A stretch of 63,976 nucleotides of DNA, counting the filler, from a bacterium (lineage in GTDB: Bacteria > JALSQH01), in the NCBI GenBank assembly GCA_027004335.1. It is 10 parts of 10 records of this genome, joined end to end, with 100 filler letters (N's around TTAATTAATTAA, not from the genome) between each part and the next. Parts side by side here need not be neighbours in the genome. Positions count along the whole stretch, not along the records: positions 32,916 to 44,628 come from JALTID010000085.1; positions 44,729 to 56,398 come from JALTID010000086.1; 8 more parts are not named here. One strand, given 5' to 3'. The position numbers were made by a program, and so were the translations under genes. The notes below the pieces were generated by a model. It saw nothing but the letters and a program-made list of their open reading frames with translations. It was not told the origin of the DNA and did not search any database. Below are positions 40,373-51,799 of this stretch, in pieces; positions within the stretch are counted from its first letter, which is position 1; each line of letters begins with the position of its first letter.

Positions 40373-42289
40373 ATGAAGAAAGTGCCTTTTATTATTTTTA
40401 CCTTAATAGCTTTCATGTTCAGTTGCACTAGAAAGGATCCTGCTGAACTCATCAGTGAAGGTGATGCACTTATGAAAAATCTCAGTGAAGTTGCGGGAAT
40501 AAAAGATGTCAATGATTATATTAACAGGGTAAAGGATAATCCTGATCTTTTAAAACAGTACAACGATGAATTTTCACGAAAAAGAGAAAGAGCCGAAGAG
40601 CTGTATGATCAGGCATTGAGAAGAATTGAAAGTAGAGATTACAGTGGGTATTCTGAGGAGGAAATTAACAGCCTTAAGGCCAGAGCTAATTTTGCCATAG
40701 GTTTCCTGAGAATGATGGATTTAATTGACAAATTAAGTGGCTTGCTTAATAGTTCCTCTTCCTCAGGAGGAACAGGGAATCTTGACATTTCCAAGTTTCA
40801 TGATCTTATAAAAGATATTTTTGAAAAGTCTATTTTCCCCATAATAGATAATTATGATGAGGCTCTAAGATATGGGGACTTTAGTTTTAAGTTTAATAAT
40901 CTCTGGCTTGATTTTTCAGGTTTTGTCTCAGCTTCTGCAGGAAGGGTTGTTGTTGATCTATCCAAGAAAGATATTGATAACACAGACACCTATTTTATTT
41001 CTGGAGTATTAAAAGGATTGAGTGGAGTTGCTGAAATACTCCTTGCTTATAAAAAATTACTCTCTGTTCTACTTGACTATTCACAATATTTTTCAGGTTC
41101 CTATGATACTACAAAGATTTTTAACATGATTCCCGGTCAAAATCCTCTTCTCAATCCCAATTTTGGGATTTTTGAAACTGATGGACTGGATTGCATCAAA
41201 AAAGCGAAGGAGATGACCACAGGCATGTTTGCAGATTTCAGAGATGGTTTTTCTTATCTAATTACCAGAGAAGTATTGATAGATCCTGATCAGAGCGATG
41301 ATCTAATTAACCTTGGTTCCAGCGGAAATGATTCAGATATCCATTCTTATAGCGGCGGAATGGCCTGGGGGGAGAATCTTATTAACAGTATAAAAGTTAA
41401 TTATTCCCCCGGGGATCCTGATTCAGTGAGCAATTTAAGTAGTACTCTTACTTTCTTACAGGGATTATGGGGTACTATCAGTTCTCAACTTAATATAAAT
41501 GTTTTGATTGATATGTTTGAAGATCTAAGAAGCAGTTCTGATTCAATAGAAAATCCCCCTTTCTCAATAACTTACTATATTTATAGATTAGGGCTTGATT
41601 CTTACCTTCCTACTCTCCATATTAATTTGGAGAATCTGAATCTGCCGGGTATCAGGCTCGCGGGCTTTTTTGACATCCCTATATCTGATTTAAAGAGTGT
41701 TCTTCCTCTCTGGTACCTTGAATCGGAGCCTGTAAAGGGTGATAAGGATGGGGATGGATTAATTGATTCTTATGGAGAGTGGGTTGATTTGAATCAGAAT
41801 GGTAAATGGGATCAGGCGGGGGATATTATTTCTCAGCCAGAAAGAGAACCCTGTCTTGTGAATGAAGCTGGAAACTGCTCAGCGAATTCATGGGTAGAAG
41901 ATTACGATGATGTAGGAATCCTTGGAACATTTGTTGATAGAGATGGAGATGGACTACCTGATTCGGGATACGAGGGAGTCCTAATTGGTGCAGGGAATGG
42001 TAAATTTGATCAGGGAAATGATGATACTCTTGGAATAGGGGTTCCAATAGGAGATATTCTGGGACACTACTGGCCTGATGGAAGTAAGACTGATCCAAGT
42101 GACGGGGTAGTGGAAAATAATTATTACTTTTTCTTTCCTGATCCTTCATTTCATGGAGTGCTGGTACCTGTAGAAGTCAATAAGGAAAAATTAACTTACA
42201 GGGTGACAGGTAAGGCAATGACCAATGCAGCATTGAATGCATTGATAACCAACATAGGAAGTCTTCTGGGGGGAGGGATTTCTCACTAA
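40373..42289 (+). CDS. Large hypothetical lipoprotein with DxDxDG-type Ca-binding loops
   Basis: Lipobox MFSC; DKDGDGLID, DLNQNGKWD, DRDGDGLPD. Confidence 0.7.
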   Translation: MKKVPFIIFTLIAFMFSCTRKDPAELISEGDALMKNLSEVAGIKDVNDYINRVKDNPDLLKQYNDEFSRKRERAEELYDQALRRIESRDYSGYSEEEINSLKARANFAIGFLRMMDLIDKLSGLLNSSSSSGGTGNLDISKFHDLIKDIFEKSIFPIIDNYDEALRYGDFSFKFNNLWLDFSGFVSASAGRVVVDLSKKDIDNTDTYFISGVLKGLSGVAEILLAYKKLLSVLLDYSQYFSGSYDTTKIFNMIPGQNPLLNPNFGIFETDGLDCIKKAKEMTTGMFADFRDGFSYLITREVLIDPDQSDDLINLGSSGNDSDIHSYSGGMAWGENLINSIKVNYSPGDPDSVSNLSSTLTFLQGLWGTISSQLNINVLIDMFEDLRSSSDSIENPPFSITYYIYRLGLDSYLPTLHINLENLNLPGIRLAGFFDIPISDLKSVLPLWYLESEPVKGDKDGDGLIDSYGEWVDLNQNGKWDQAGDIISQPEREPCLVNEAGNCSANSWVEDYDDVGILGTFVDRDGDGLPDSGYEGVLIGAGNGKFDQGNDDTLGIGVPIGDILGHYWPDGSKTDPSDGVVENNYYFFFPDPSFHGVLVPVEVNKEKLTYRVTGKAMTNAALNALITNIGSLLGGGISH

Positions 42290-42344
42290 GAGGCTGTGTA
42301 GTTTGATTAAAACTCTTCGGTAAATATAATAAGTTGTTAAGTAA

Positions 42345-43391
<1,047 letters not shown>

Positions 43392-43399
43392 AAAACTTA

Positions 43400-44212
43400 A
43401 TGAAGACCCTGTGGCAGAAATTCAAAAAGCCGGTTATATTTTTTATTCTTTTTCTCCTTCTGCTGGAGATTGTTTTTCTCCTCTCGCCCCGCTTTTTTTC
43501 TGGAATAGGGTTTATTGAGCCAGTTATGACCTTACCTGTTAAATTTTTTGTTGGAGTAAAGAGTAAAACAGTCAGTGCAATTGATCGTTATTTTTTTCTT
43601 GTACACACTGCAAAAGAAAATGAGATTTTAAAAAAGGAACTACATCAAAACGAGATAAAGCTCATGAACTTAAAGGAAGAGTTGAGGGAGTACAGGGATG
43701 CAATCCAGTTCAAATTTTACTATTCCCCTATTACATGGAATGGGGTAATTTTACCCGTAATTGGAAGGGATATTTCTGCTCTTTTTGACTCTGTTATAAT
43801 ATATAAAGGGAGGTTAAAAATTCAGCCGGGCACCCCTGTCCTCCACTGGAGAGGGGTAGTAGGAATGGTGGTAAGTGTTGCTCCCTTTTCTGCGAAAGTG
43901 ATGTTGCTGACCAATATTAATTCATCAATTGATGTTTTTGATAGTAGGAGTGGCGTCAGGGGAGTTTTTAGAGGGGAAGGAAAGAGTTACGGAGAGGTTG
44001 TCTATGTTCCTGTAAATCATGATGTTAAAAAGGGAGATGTGTGGATTACCTCTGGACTTGATGGAGTTTATCCCCCCGGAGTGAATGTGGCTGTAACAAA
44101 AAGTGTAAAGAGGAGCAGGAATCGGTACTTTTACAAAATTGAGGCTCTTCCTTTGCTTGATGTTTTTTCTTTCAGGAATGTGTTTGTTCCTGGAGTAAAA
44201 AATGAAAGATGA
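43400..44212 (+). CDS. mreC: Rod shape-determining protein MreC
   Basis: TM plus coiled coil, GVVG, TSGLDGVYPPG; follows mreB. Confidence 0.9.
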   Translation: MKTLWQKFKKPVIFFILFLLLLEIVFLLSPRFFSGIGFIEPVMTLPVKFFVGVKSKTVSAIDRYFFLVHTAKENEILKKELHQNEIKLMNLKEELREYRDAIQFKFYYSPITWNGVILPVIGRDISALFDSVIIYKGRLKIQPGTPVLHWRGVVGMVVSVAPFSAKVMLLTNINSSIDVFDSRSGVRGVFRGEGKSYGEVVYVPVNHDVKKGDVWITSGLDGVYPPGVNVAVTKSVKRSRNRYFYKIEALPLLDVFSFRNVFVPGVKNER

Positions 44213-44628
44213 TGTGAAGATTTTTTTAATAATTTTTTCTTCGTTCCTTGCTCAGTTTTCTTTGAATATACTGGGAGTAACGAGGCTTTATCCGGATTTC
44301 CCTCTGATTGTACTCTGGTTTCTCTTGATCTATTTTCCTGAGAAGTGGTACTGGATTCTTTTTAACCTTTTCCTCCTGGAATTATTTTCACTTCCTCCGG
44401 TTCCGGGGTATTATTTCCTTGTGTTTCTATTTATGACTTCCTTTCTATATGCAGGAAAAGTTTTTTTCTATGTTGAAAGTTTGCTTTTCTGGGTATTTTT
44501 CCTCTCAGTTTCAATTCTGCTTGAATGGCTTTTACTGCACTACATTTCTCTCATCCAGGGTACCTCTTTTGAAGCTGGATTCTTCTTTTTTACCGGATAT
44601 TTTATTGTTCAGGTGATGACGGGGGTAG
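44202..44628 (+). CDS. mreD: Probable MreD (3' end cut)
   Basis: Hydrophobic protein with PD motif directly after mreC. Confidence 0.7.
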
Positions 44629-44728
44629 NNNNNNNNNNNNNNNNNNNNNNNNNNNNNNNNNNNNNNNNNNNNTTAATTAATTAANNNNNNNNNNNNNNNN
44701 NNNNNNNNNNNNNNNNNNNNNNNNNNNN
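44629..44728. other. Artificial contig linker
   Basis: N-TTAATTAATTAA-N. Confidence 0.98.
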
Positions 44729-44729
44729 C

Positions 44730-45014
44730 TGTTTAAGAGTCCGGGGATTCACAGCAATTGCTTCTTCAGGAACATATCTCAGAAAAGAAATTTTTAACCC
44801 ACACAGCCATTCATTGATAAATATACTAAAATCTTCGGTGGTCGTGGGGGCAGATCCCGCTTTAACAGATGGTTTTGCAACTGCATTAATAGTAAAACCT
44901 GAACTTGCAAAAAAATTATCAGAAAAATTTTCTTCCTGGGGCTTCTGGGTATCCAGCAGGGGAAAAATAATAAAATCCCCCAGCTGGGATAATTACTTCT
45001 CATCCTGTAAGTAG
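44730..45014 (+). CDS. apbE: FAD:protein FMN transferase ApbE, C-terminal fragment
   Basis: Frame open from the contig start: AIASSGTY...IFNP...VVVG...TDGFATAL. Confidence 0.65.
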   Translation, partial: CLRVRGFTAIASSGTYLRKEIFNPHSHSLINILKSSVVVGADPALTDGFATALIVKPELAKKLSEKFSSWGFWVSSRGKIIKSPSWDNYFSSCK

Positions 45015-45512
45015 TGTATCAAGAATTTTTTCTCCCCCTTCCACAATAGAATAAGTCTTATGAGCAAACCGCTCTCTGAAGATCATCTCAATACTCTTTG
45101 ATTCCACGGGATGAATTATCTCATCATCAAAATCAAGAAGAGCTTTCAGAAGAAAATCTCTTTCAAGAAGGGCTGGATGGGGGATTTTTAGATCCTTATC
45201 ATTAATAAAAAGACTCTCGTAAAAAAGAATATCTACATCTATTATGCGTGGCAGATTGTGACCCTGTTCCTTGGTTCTTCCAATATCCTTTTCAATTCTC
45301 TTAATAACCCTGAGCAAATCATATGGAAGAAGATATGTTCTGTATTTCACAACACAATTTAAAAAATTCTCCCCTTTCATATCAAGGGGCTTCGTTTCAT
45401 AAATTCTGGAAAGAGCAGTAACTCTCCCGTAATTCATCAGTTCTTTTGTTGCGGCAACAATATTTTCCAGTTTATCTCCTAAATTTGAACCAAGGGAGAG
45501 GTATATTGCCAT
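45000..45512 (-). CDS. folK: 6-hydroxymethyl-7,8-dihydropterin pyrophosphokinase
   Basis: YLSLGSNLG, YETKP, FLN, PRIIDVDIL, IPHP...RDF. Confidence 0.95.
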   Translation of the reverse strand: MAIYLSLGSNLGDKLENIVAATKELMNYGRVTALSRIYETKPLDMKGENFLNCVVKYRTYLLPYDLLRVIKRIEKDIGRTKEQGHNLPRIIDVDILFYESLFINDKDLKIPHPALLERDFLLKALLDFDDEIIHPVESKSIEMIFRERFAHKTYSIVEGGEKILDTLLTG

Positions 45513-45525
45513 CTCTCTTCCTCTT

Positions 45526-46695
45526 TTAAAACCTTAAATTTTTCAACCTATCAATAGCCTCTTTTAAAAGAGCGGTACTCTGAGTAAGAGAAACCCTGAA
45601 ATATCCCTCTCCATATTCTCCAAAACCGACACCGGGAGTTACCACAACGCCCGCTTCCTCCAGAATCTTCCTGGAAAATTCTATGGAACTGTACCCTTCA
45701 GGGAGTTTAATCCACAAATAAAATGTGGAATTGCTCTTAACATAATCAAGTCCAATAGATTCAAGGCCTTCAATAAAAGCCTCCCTTCTCTCCCTGTAAA
45801 TCTCTCTATTTTTCTCCGCTCCACTCTGATCCCCGCTTAATGCCTCAATACCCGCTTCCTGAATTGCTTGAAAAACTCCAGAATCCACATTTGTTTTTAT
45901 CTTACCCAGACCCTGAACGGCGCTTTTATTACCAACGGCAAATCCAATCCTCCAGCCAGTCATATTGTATGTTTTGGAAAGCGAATGAAACTCAATTGCC
46001 ACATCTTTTGCACCCTTAATCTGCATCAGGCTTATAGGTCTTTTCCCTGGATCATAGTAAATTTCGGTGTAAGGAGCATCAGATACGAGAAGGATCTCAT
46101 ATTTTTTAGCAAAATCTATTGCTTCTTTGTAAAAATTCTCAGTGGCTTCAGCTGTGGTTGGATTATTGGGATAATTCAGAAAAAGAATTCTCGCTTTTTT
46201 AGCTATATCCTCAGGGATAGAAGCAAAGTCAGGTAGAAAGCCATTTTTTTCCTTCAGGGGCATTTTATAGACATCTCCCCCGGCAAATTTCGTGGCAACA
46301 GCATAAACAGGATATGCAGGATCAGGAACAAGAGAAATATCACCAGGATTAATAAAAGCCCAGGGTAGATGCGCGATACCCTCTTTAGAACCAATAAGTG
46401 TGATCACTTCATTCACCGGATCAAGTTCCACCCCGAATCTATCTTTGTACCATTTAGCAGCTGCTTCACGAAATTTAAGCATCCCCATATATGAAGGGTA
46501 TCTATGATTTTCCTTCTTCTCAGCAGCTTTTTTCAATGCTTCTACGATATTAGAAGGTGTGGGTGTATCTGGATCACCCACCCCTAAATCGATTACATTT
46601 ACCCTTTTTTTGGTCTGTTCAGCTTTTAATCTGTCAATTTCAGCGAATAGATACGGAGGTAGTTTTTTAATCCTCATGGCAAAATCAAATTCCAT
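45526..46695 (-). CDS. dapL: LL-diaminopimelate aminotransferase (class I PLP aminotransferase)
   Basis: LPPYLFAEID, GSKEGIAH, NYPNNPT, SLSKTYNMTGWRIG; same operon as dapB; ATG 46695 after AGGAGG. Confidence 0.85.
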   Translation of the reverse strand: MEFDFAMRIKKLPPYLFAEIDRLKAEQTKKRVNVIDLGVGDPDTPTPSNIVEALKKAAEKKENHRYPSYMGMLKFREAAAKWYKDRFGVELDPVNEVITLIGSKEGIAHLPWAFINPGDISLVPDPAYPVYAVATKFAGGDVYKMPLKEKNGFLPDFASIPEDIAKKARILFLNYPNNPTTAEATENFYKEAIDFAKKYEILLVSDAPYTEIYYDPGKRPISLMQIKGAKDVAIEFHSLSKTYNMTGWRIGFAVGNKSAVQGLGKIKTNVDSGVFQAIQEAGIEALSGDQSGAEKNREIYRERREAFIEGLESIGLDYVKSNSTFYLWIKLPEGYSSIEFSRKILEEAGVVVTPGVGFGEYGEGYFRVSLTQSTALLKEAIDRLKNLRF

Positions 46696-46711
46696 CTCTG
46701 CACCTCCTGAT

Positions 46712-47470
46712 TCAACCAGAAATAACAAAATTAGTAAGAGATCCGACCCCCTCTATTTCTATTGTGATCCTATCCCCCGGCGAAAGTTTCCCTACGCCCG
46801 GTGGTGTCCCTGTTGCTATCACATCTCCGGGCAAAAGAGTCATAACTGAAGAGATAAAACTGACCAGTCTATACACATTAAAGATCATATCTGAAGTAGG
46901 AGCATCCTGCTTCAATTTGCCATTTAAATAGGCCTTAATTACAAGTTCATCGGGATCAACATCAGTTTCAATAAATGGCCCAATAGGAGCAAAGGTGTCA
47001 AAACTTTTTGCTCTTGTATACTGAACATCTTTTTCCTGGAGATCCCTGGCTGTTACATCATTGAAACAGGTGTAACCCATTATACATTCTGCAGCCTCTT
47101 CAGTCTGGACATCCTTACAGGCTCTTTTAATAACTACACCTAATTCTCCTTCGTAATCTATCCTCTCACTGTCAGGAGGAAGAAAAATATTATCCCCGGG
47201 ACCAATTACAGCAGTGGAGGGTTTTAAAAAAATAAGAGGCTCTTCAGGAAGAACCCTCTTCATCTCCTCAGCATGAGCTCTATAATTAAGTCCTACTCCA
47301 ATTATCTTGGTGGGAGTAACTGGAGCAAGTATTTTTACTTCTTCCAGCCGAAACACCTCACCGGTTTCACTCAATCCTTTTAATGGAGTTATCTTTAAAA
47401 CTTCTACCTCGCCTGTTTCAACTCTTCCCCAGAAAACTTTCTCTCTAAAAAGGAACCTTCCAAATTTCAT
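46712..47470 (-). CDS. Fumarylacetoacetate hydrolase family protein
   Basis: GLNY-x-x-[30 protein letters not shown]. Confidence 0.93.
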   Translation of the reverse strand: MKFGRFLFREKVFWGRVETGEVEVLKITPLKGLSETGEVFRLEEVKILAPVTPTKIIGVGLNYRAHAEEMKRVLPEEPLIFLKPSTAVIGPGDNIFLPPDSERIDYEGELGVVIKRACKDVQTEEAAECIMGYTCFNDVTARDLQEKDVQYTRAKSFDTFAPIGPFIETDVDPDELVIKAYLNGKLKQDAPTSDMIFNVYRLVSFISSVMTLLPGDVIATGTPPGVGKLSPGDRITIEIEGVGSLTNFVISG

Positions 47471-48291
47471 TTCTCCTCCTCCCTAAGACCTAAAACATCC
47501 TGCATGTCGTATAAACCTGGTTTATTTATTTTCATAACCCATCTGGCTGCCTGGAGAGCACCAATGGCAAAAGCTTTCCTGGAGAAAGCCCTATGGGTTA
47601 TTACCATTTCCTCTGCAACTCCGGAGAAATACAGGGTGTGCTCTCCCACCACTTCTCCTCCTCTCAGTGCAAAGATACCCACCTCTTCCCTGCTTTTTTC
47701 TGAAATTGATCTTCCATATCTCCCCCATCTCATAATGTCAGTAAGTGGTTTCCCAATTACATCAGAGATAATTTCACCCAATTTCAACGCTGTTCCACTG
47801 GGAGCATCAAGCTTGTGCCTGTGATGTCTTTCTACAATTTCTACATCATAATCTCCTGGATAAAGCACTTCGGTAACTTTCTTTGTTAGATAGAAAAGCA
47901 AATTTATTCCAAGACTCATATTTGGAGCAAGAACAACAGGGATCTTCCGAGCCTGCTCCGCGATAAAATCCATGTCCGTGGCATTGAATCCAGTGGTTCC
48001 TATTACTGCTGATTTTCCTCTGGAAACAGCAAGGGTCAGGAATTTTAAAGATACCTCCGGGACGGTAAAATCAATGTATAGATCAGCCTTCTCAATTTCC
48101 GCAAGAAAATCAGATTTCAGTTTTATATCCACATTCTCGGTACCCCAGATATTGCCAAGACCCTTCCCGAGTAGAGGATGATCTTCTCTTTCCACCACTG
48201 CGGCAAGCTCCATATCATCACTTTCATAAACAAGTCTGGAAATAAGGCTTCCCATTCTTCCTGCACCACCTGTAACAACGACTTTAATCAT
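47467..48291 (-). CDS. dapB: 4-hydroxy-tetrahydrodipicolinate reductase
   Basis: [36 protein letters not shown]. Confidence 0.96.
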   Translation of the reverse strand: MIKVVVTGGAGRMGSLISRLVYESDDMELAAVVEREDHPLLGKGLGNIWGTENVDIKLKSDFLAEIEKADLYIDFTVPEVSLKFLTLAVSRGKSAVIGTTGFNATDMDFIAEQARKIPVVLAPNMSLGINLLFYLTKKVTEVLYPGDYDVEIVERHHRHKLDAPSGTALKLGEIISDVIGKPLTDIMRWGRYGRSISEKSREEVGIFALRGGEVVGEHTLYFSGVAEEMVITHRAFSRKAFAIGALQAARWVMKINKPGLYDMQDVLGLREEEK

Positions 48292-48292
48292 T

Positions 48293-49267
48293 TCATTCTC
48301 CTTTTGTCGTTATATCAAGATACTTATAAAAGTCTTCTTTAAATCTATCCACATCCATGTCTAGATAGGTCTCTATTTTTCTCCCTGTGCCTGTAATACA
48401 GGCACCATAGTACTCATTATCCTCCGTTGAAACATCCATCTTAACCCATTGTTTCTTCACAACAATATCCCCATCCAGAAGATAAGTCGCAGCAACTAAA
48501 TCGTATGGATAAAAACCTCCAAACACTGAAGACATTATATCATACCAATCTTTTATACTTTTGTAAAGATAAATACACCATGAAGTTGTGCACAGGGCTA
48601 GTGTATCCATCTCTTCCGCACCAATTATTGTATCCATACAAATATCAAGGGGAAACAATTTTATATTATCAAAATTATCTATCACAATCTTTGCAGAATC
48701 AGGGTCACGATAAAAATTATATTCACTCTTCATGTAGGGCAGAACATTTCCTTCTTGATAAACAGCCCCGCCCATTATTACAACCTCCCTAAATTTTTTT
48801 GCAATGTCCGGGGAAAGCTTATATGCAGTGGCAAGATTTGTTAGAGGACCTATGGCAAGAAGAAGGAGTTTCCCATCATACTTATGGACTGCATCAGTAA
48901 TAAACTTTGCAGCCTCAGTAGTTATTCCAAGAGAGAATTTATTTTTTGCCCCCATGTAGAGTGGAATATACCTGTGGAGATGAGAAAGCAGATCCACTGC
49001 TCTCTCATGAACTTCATCAAGGGTTCCGTTACCAAAAGTAAGTGTGATCCCTTTGATATCATATTTTTCTGACAAAATGAGAGAAGCTATTGCAAGTCCA
49101 TCATCAACATCATGATTTTCAAGCCCCATGGTGATGTCGGTATCAATTACAAGTGGTGGTAAAGATAATTTTTTACTCTCTCTGCCAGAACGGCAGGAGG
49201 GGAATAAAATAATGAGGAAGAATAAACTACCTCCCCATAGGATAATTAGTTTCAAACTCAATTTCAT
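48293..49267 (-). CDS. Nucleoside hydrolase (IU-NH family), predicted lipoprotein
   Basis: DTD...DVDD, GN, IGPLTNLA, MGGA, EYN...DP; lipobox-like FPSC. Confidence 0.85.
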   Translation of the reverse strand: MKLSLKLIILWGGSLFFLIILFPSCRSGRESKKLSLPPLVIDTDITMGLENHDVDDGLAIASLILSEKYDIKGITLTFGNGTLDEVHERAVDLLSHLHRYIPLYMGAKNKFSLGITTEAAKFITDAVHKYDGKLLLLAIGPLTNLATAYKLSPDIAKKFREVVIMGGAVYQEGNVLPYMKSEYNFYRDPDSAKIVIDNFDNIKLFPLDICMDTIIGAEEMDTLALCTTSWCIYLYKSIKDWYDIMSSVFGGFYPYDLVAATYLLDGDIVVKKQWVKMDVSTEDNEYYGACITGTGRKIETYLDMDVDRFKEDFYKYLDITTKGE

Positions 49268-50402
49268 CAGGGTTGGGATTTCTTAATAAGTATTTTAAAT
49301 ACCCTTTTTCTCCTTTTAAATAATACCCCAAAAAGCTCACCGCATAGTAATTAATCAACTTGTGTGCATAATCAGGATCAATAAAGGTTATTTTTTTACC
49401 ATCTTTCTCCTCCACTCCGCATCCGTCGCCAAAATCTGGTGCCAGTTCACACATATTTGAATATGTGTAATGGCCAGCATTTTTCAGATCAACAAAATAG
49501 GCAGGACCATTTGCCATCTGGAAATCCCACTTTTCAAGTTCACTCCCTGTCCACTGGATCGTTTGATCTTTCCCGGCGATCATAAAAAGTGCCGGGCAAT
49601 TAAACTTATCACTTATAAAACCCGGGGCTGCTTGAGGTATAATCGCCTTAATTCTGCCATCCCTGGAAGCCGCCGAAATGGAGGTATAAGAACCAAAAGA
49701 GTGTCCTGAGACTCCAATATGATCAAGGTCCATATGTTCTGAAAGAAATATTCCTGAATCCTTCACGGAGAAAAGGTAATCAATCATAAATTCAATATCC
49801 TGAACCCTATCAACCATGCCGTAAAAGAAGGTATCCTGATCATAGGTGATTATCTGGCCATTTATTATTGTTATGGCAGCATTTCCAGTATGATCAGGAG
49901 CAAGAACAATGTAGCCATGACTTGCAAGAAATTCGGTTAAATAGAGGGACTGAAATCTAACTCCTCCATTTCCATGGGAGAAAATCACCACGGGGAATTT
50001 CCCCTTTCTTATAGGAACATTTCTGTGAGAGAGAAGAGGCTTATCAAGAACTGAAAATGTTATGTTAATGTGAAACTCCTCCAGTAATTTCTTCAAAGCA
50101 TTCTGAAAATCGCTACCAAAAAAATCTTTAAGGGTCATCTGAGGGGTTTCAGCTGCTGAATCAACCGCAGGATACCAGACTTCTGTAACAAGAGTTCTGT
50201 AAGAATGAGTTACCTTATCAATTCTACTATGGTCCACCAGGACAATTGTTGTATCCCCCACAGGATAGGGACCTATATCCCACGGTGAAAAGATCTTCTC
50301 ACTGCTCGAAGAAGAACTGTTATTCCTTCCACTACAACTCACTATAAGAGCAATTATCAAAAATAAGATCAGGAAATGGAAGATACTTTTCCTTCTACTC
50401 AT
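49227..50402 (-). CDS. Alpha/beta hydrolase lipoprotein (PAF-AH / dienelactone hydrolase-like)
   Basis: Lipobox IVSC, EVWYP, FSHG, LASHGY, GHSFG nucleophile, AGH; likely ATG 50402. Confidence 0.85.
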   Translation of the reverse strand: MSRRKSIFHFLILFLIIALIVSCSGRNNSSSSSSEKIFSPWDIGPYPVGDTTIVLVDHSRIDKVTHSYRTLVTEVWYPAVDSAAETPQMTLKDFFGSDFQNALKKLLEEFHINITFSVLDKPLLSHRNVPIRKGKFPVVIFSHGNGGVRFQSLYLTEFLASHGYIVLAPDHTGNAAITIINGQIITYDQDTFFYGMVDRVQDIEFMIDYLFSVKDSGIFLSEHMDLDHIGVSGHSFGSYTSISAASRDGRIKAIIPQAAPGFISDKFNCPALFMIAGKDQTIQWTGSELEKWDFQMANGPAYFVDLKNAGHYTYSNMCELAPDFGDGCGVEEKDGKKITFIDPDYAHKLINYYAVSFLGYYLKGEKGYLKYLLRNPNPDEIEFETNYPMGR

Positions 50403-51624
50403 ACACCTTCTCATCCTCTCTATCAGCCATTGAGGCATCTTTTTCAACATCTCTACCGAATTCCCTGGCACCAAGAACTTCCTTATAATACTCATGCTGA
50501 ATAAGGAGATTCATGATTTCATTTGTTCCTGTCCAGATCATAGTCAATCTTGCGTCACGCAGATATTTTTCAATTGGATAAACTGTGGTGTAACCTATCC
50601 CACCCATTATCTGCATTGCGTGATTTATCACTTCCCATGCAGTATCAGTTGCCACTTTTTTTGCCTCTGAAACAAGCCTTCGTCTATTAGGTGCATCAAG
50701 GTCTACCGCTCTCGCAGCAAAATAAACAAGACCTCTTGCAGCATCAAGAGCACTGATGGCATCTGCTACCCTGAAACTCACCCCCTGAAATCTTCTTATC
50801 GCTCTTCCAAAAGCCTTTCTTCTGTCACTGTAACGAGTGGCAACCTCCAGAGCAACCCTTGCAAGACCTATAGCACCTGCTGCGCTTGTCATTCTCTCAG
50901 GGATCATCATCTGATTGAAAATCATTCCCCCAGTATTTTCTTCGCCTATAAGATTTTTAGCAGGAACTTTTACATCTTTGAAAACGATTCTCCCTGTTCC
51001 ACCACCTTTTGTACCCATCAATTCATAAACTGTTTCAACTTTTACACCCATATCCCTTTCAACAACAAGAACACTTAGACCTTTTTTAGGATCCACATCA
51101 GGGTTAGTCTTAACATACGCAAGGAAGAAATCAGCACCTTCGGCACCAACAATAAATCTCTTCTGGCCATTTAAGATATAATAATCGCCCTTCTTCTCAG
51201 CAACAGTTGTAGCACCGAAGAAATCAGATCCTCCTCTTGGCTCAGTTAATGCTTCAGCAGTATGGAGCTTCCCCTCAAGCATGGGCTTCAGATATCTTTC
51301 CTTCTGCTCATCATTTCCGAATTTATCAAGAGCTTCACCTACAATACTTACAAGAGAGTACAGACACGCGAGAGAATTACCTAAAACCCCAATCTCCTCC
51401 AGAGCTATTATCTCACTGGTCCATGGAAGTCCTCTTCCTCCCCACTCTTTAGGAAATCTGAGACCTAACAGATTTTTCTCTCCTGCCCACTGGAGAAATT
51501 CTTTTGGATACTTGACCTCGTCTTTATCCATTTTTATTAGAAGTTCTCTTGGAATTGTTTTTACAAATTCTCTTACTTCGTCTCTCAACTTCCTCTCTTC
51601 CTCGGTAAAGTTGAACTCAAACAT
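50395..51624 (-). CDS. Acyl-CoA dehydrogenase
   Basis: [19 protein letters not shown]-x-AFG, MGGIGY, GTNEI. Confidence 0.95.
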   Translation of the reverse strand: MFEFNFTEEERKLRDEVREFVKTIPRELLIKMDKDEVKYPKEFLQWAGEKNLLGLRFPKEWGGRGLPWTSEIIALEEIGVLGNSLACLYSLVSIVGEALDKFGNDEQKERYLKPMLEGKLHTAEALTEPRGGSDFFGATTVAEKKGDYYILNGQKRFIVGAEGADFFLAYVKTNPDVDPKKGLSVLVVERDMGVKVETVYELMGTKGGGTGRIVFKDVKVPAKNLIGEENTGGMIFNQMMIPERMTSAAGAIGLARVALEVATRYSDRRKAFGRAIRRFQGVSFRVADAISALDAARGLVYFAARAVDLDAPNRRRLVSEAKKVATDTAWEVINHAMQIMGGIGYTTVYPIEKYLRDARLTMIWTGTNEIMNLLIQHEYYKEVLGAREFGRDVEKDASMADREDEKVYE

Positions 51625-51671
51625 TTCGCACCTCCATCAACTCGTGATTAAATTAAAATTTATTTTAATAA

Positions 51672-51700
51672 AGTTTAACATATTATCAGTGAGGGGTCAA
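51672..51700 (-). promoter_or_regulatory. Putative sigma70 promoter of the acyl-CoA dehydrogenase operon
   Basis: TTGACC-N17-TAAACT with extended TG on the minus strand. Confidence 0.5.
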
Positions 51701-51799
51701 TAAGTCGTCTTGAGAGCTTGTGATCTTATTCCTCTGCTGGAGTTAAAAAGCCGATTAAGTTTTTTAAATTCCGCGTAAAAGAGAGGTTAATGATTGAAC

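Noticed and set aside
51701..51799. Intergenic stretch examined for a tRNA or ncRNA
   Set aside because: No cloverleaf, T-loop motif or strong stem found.
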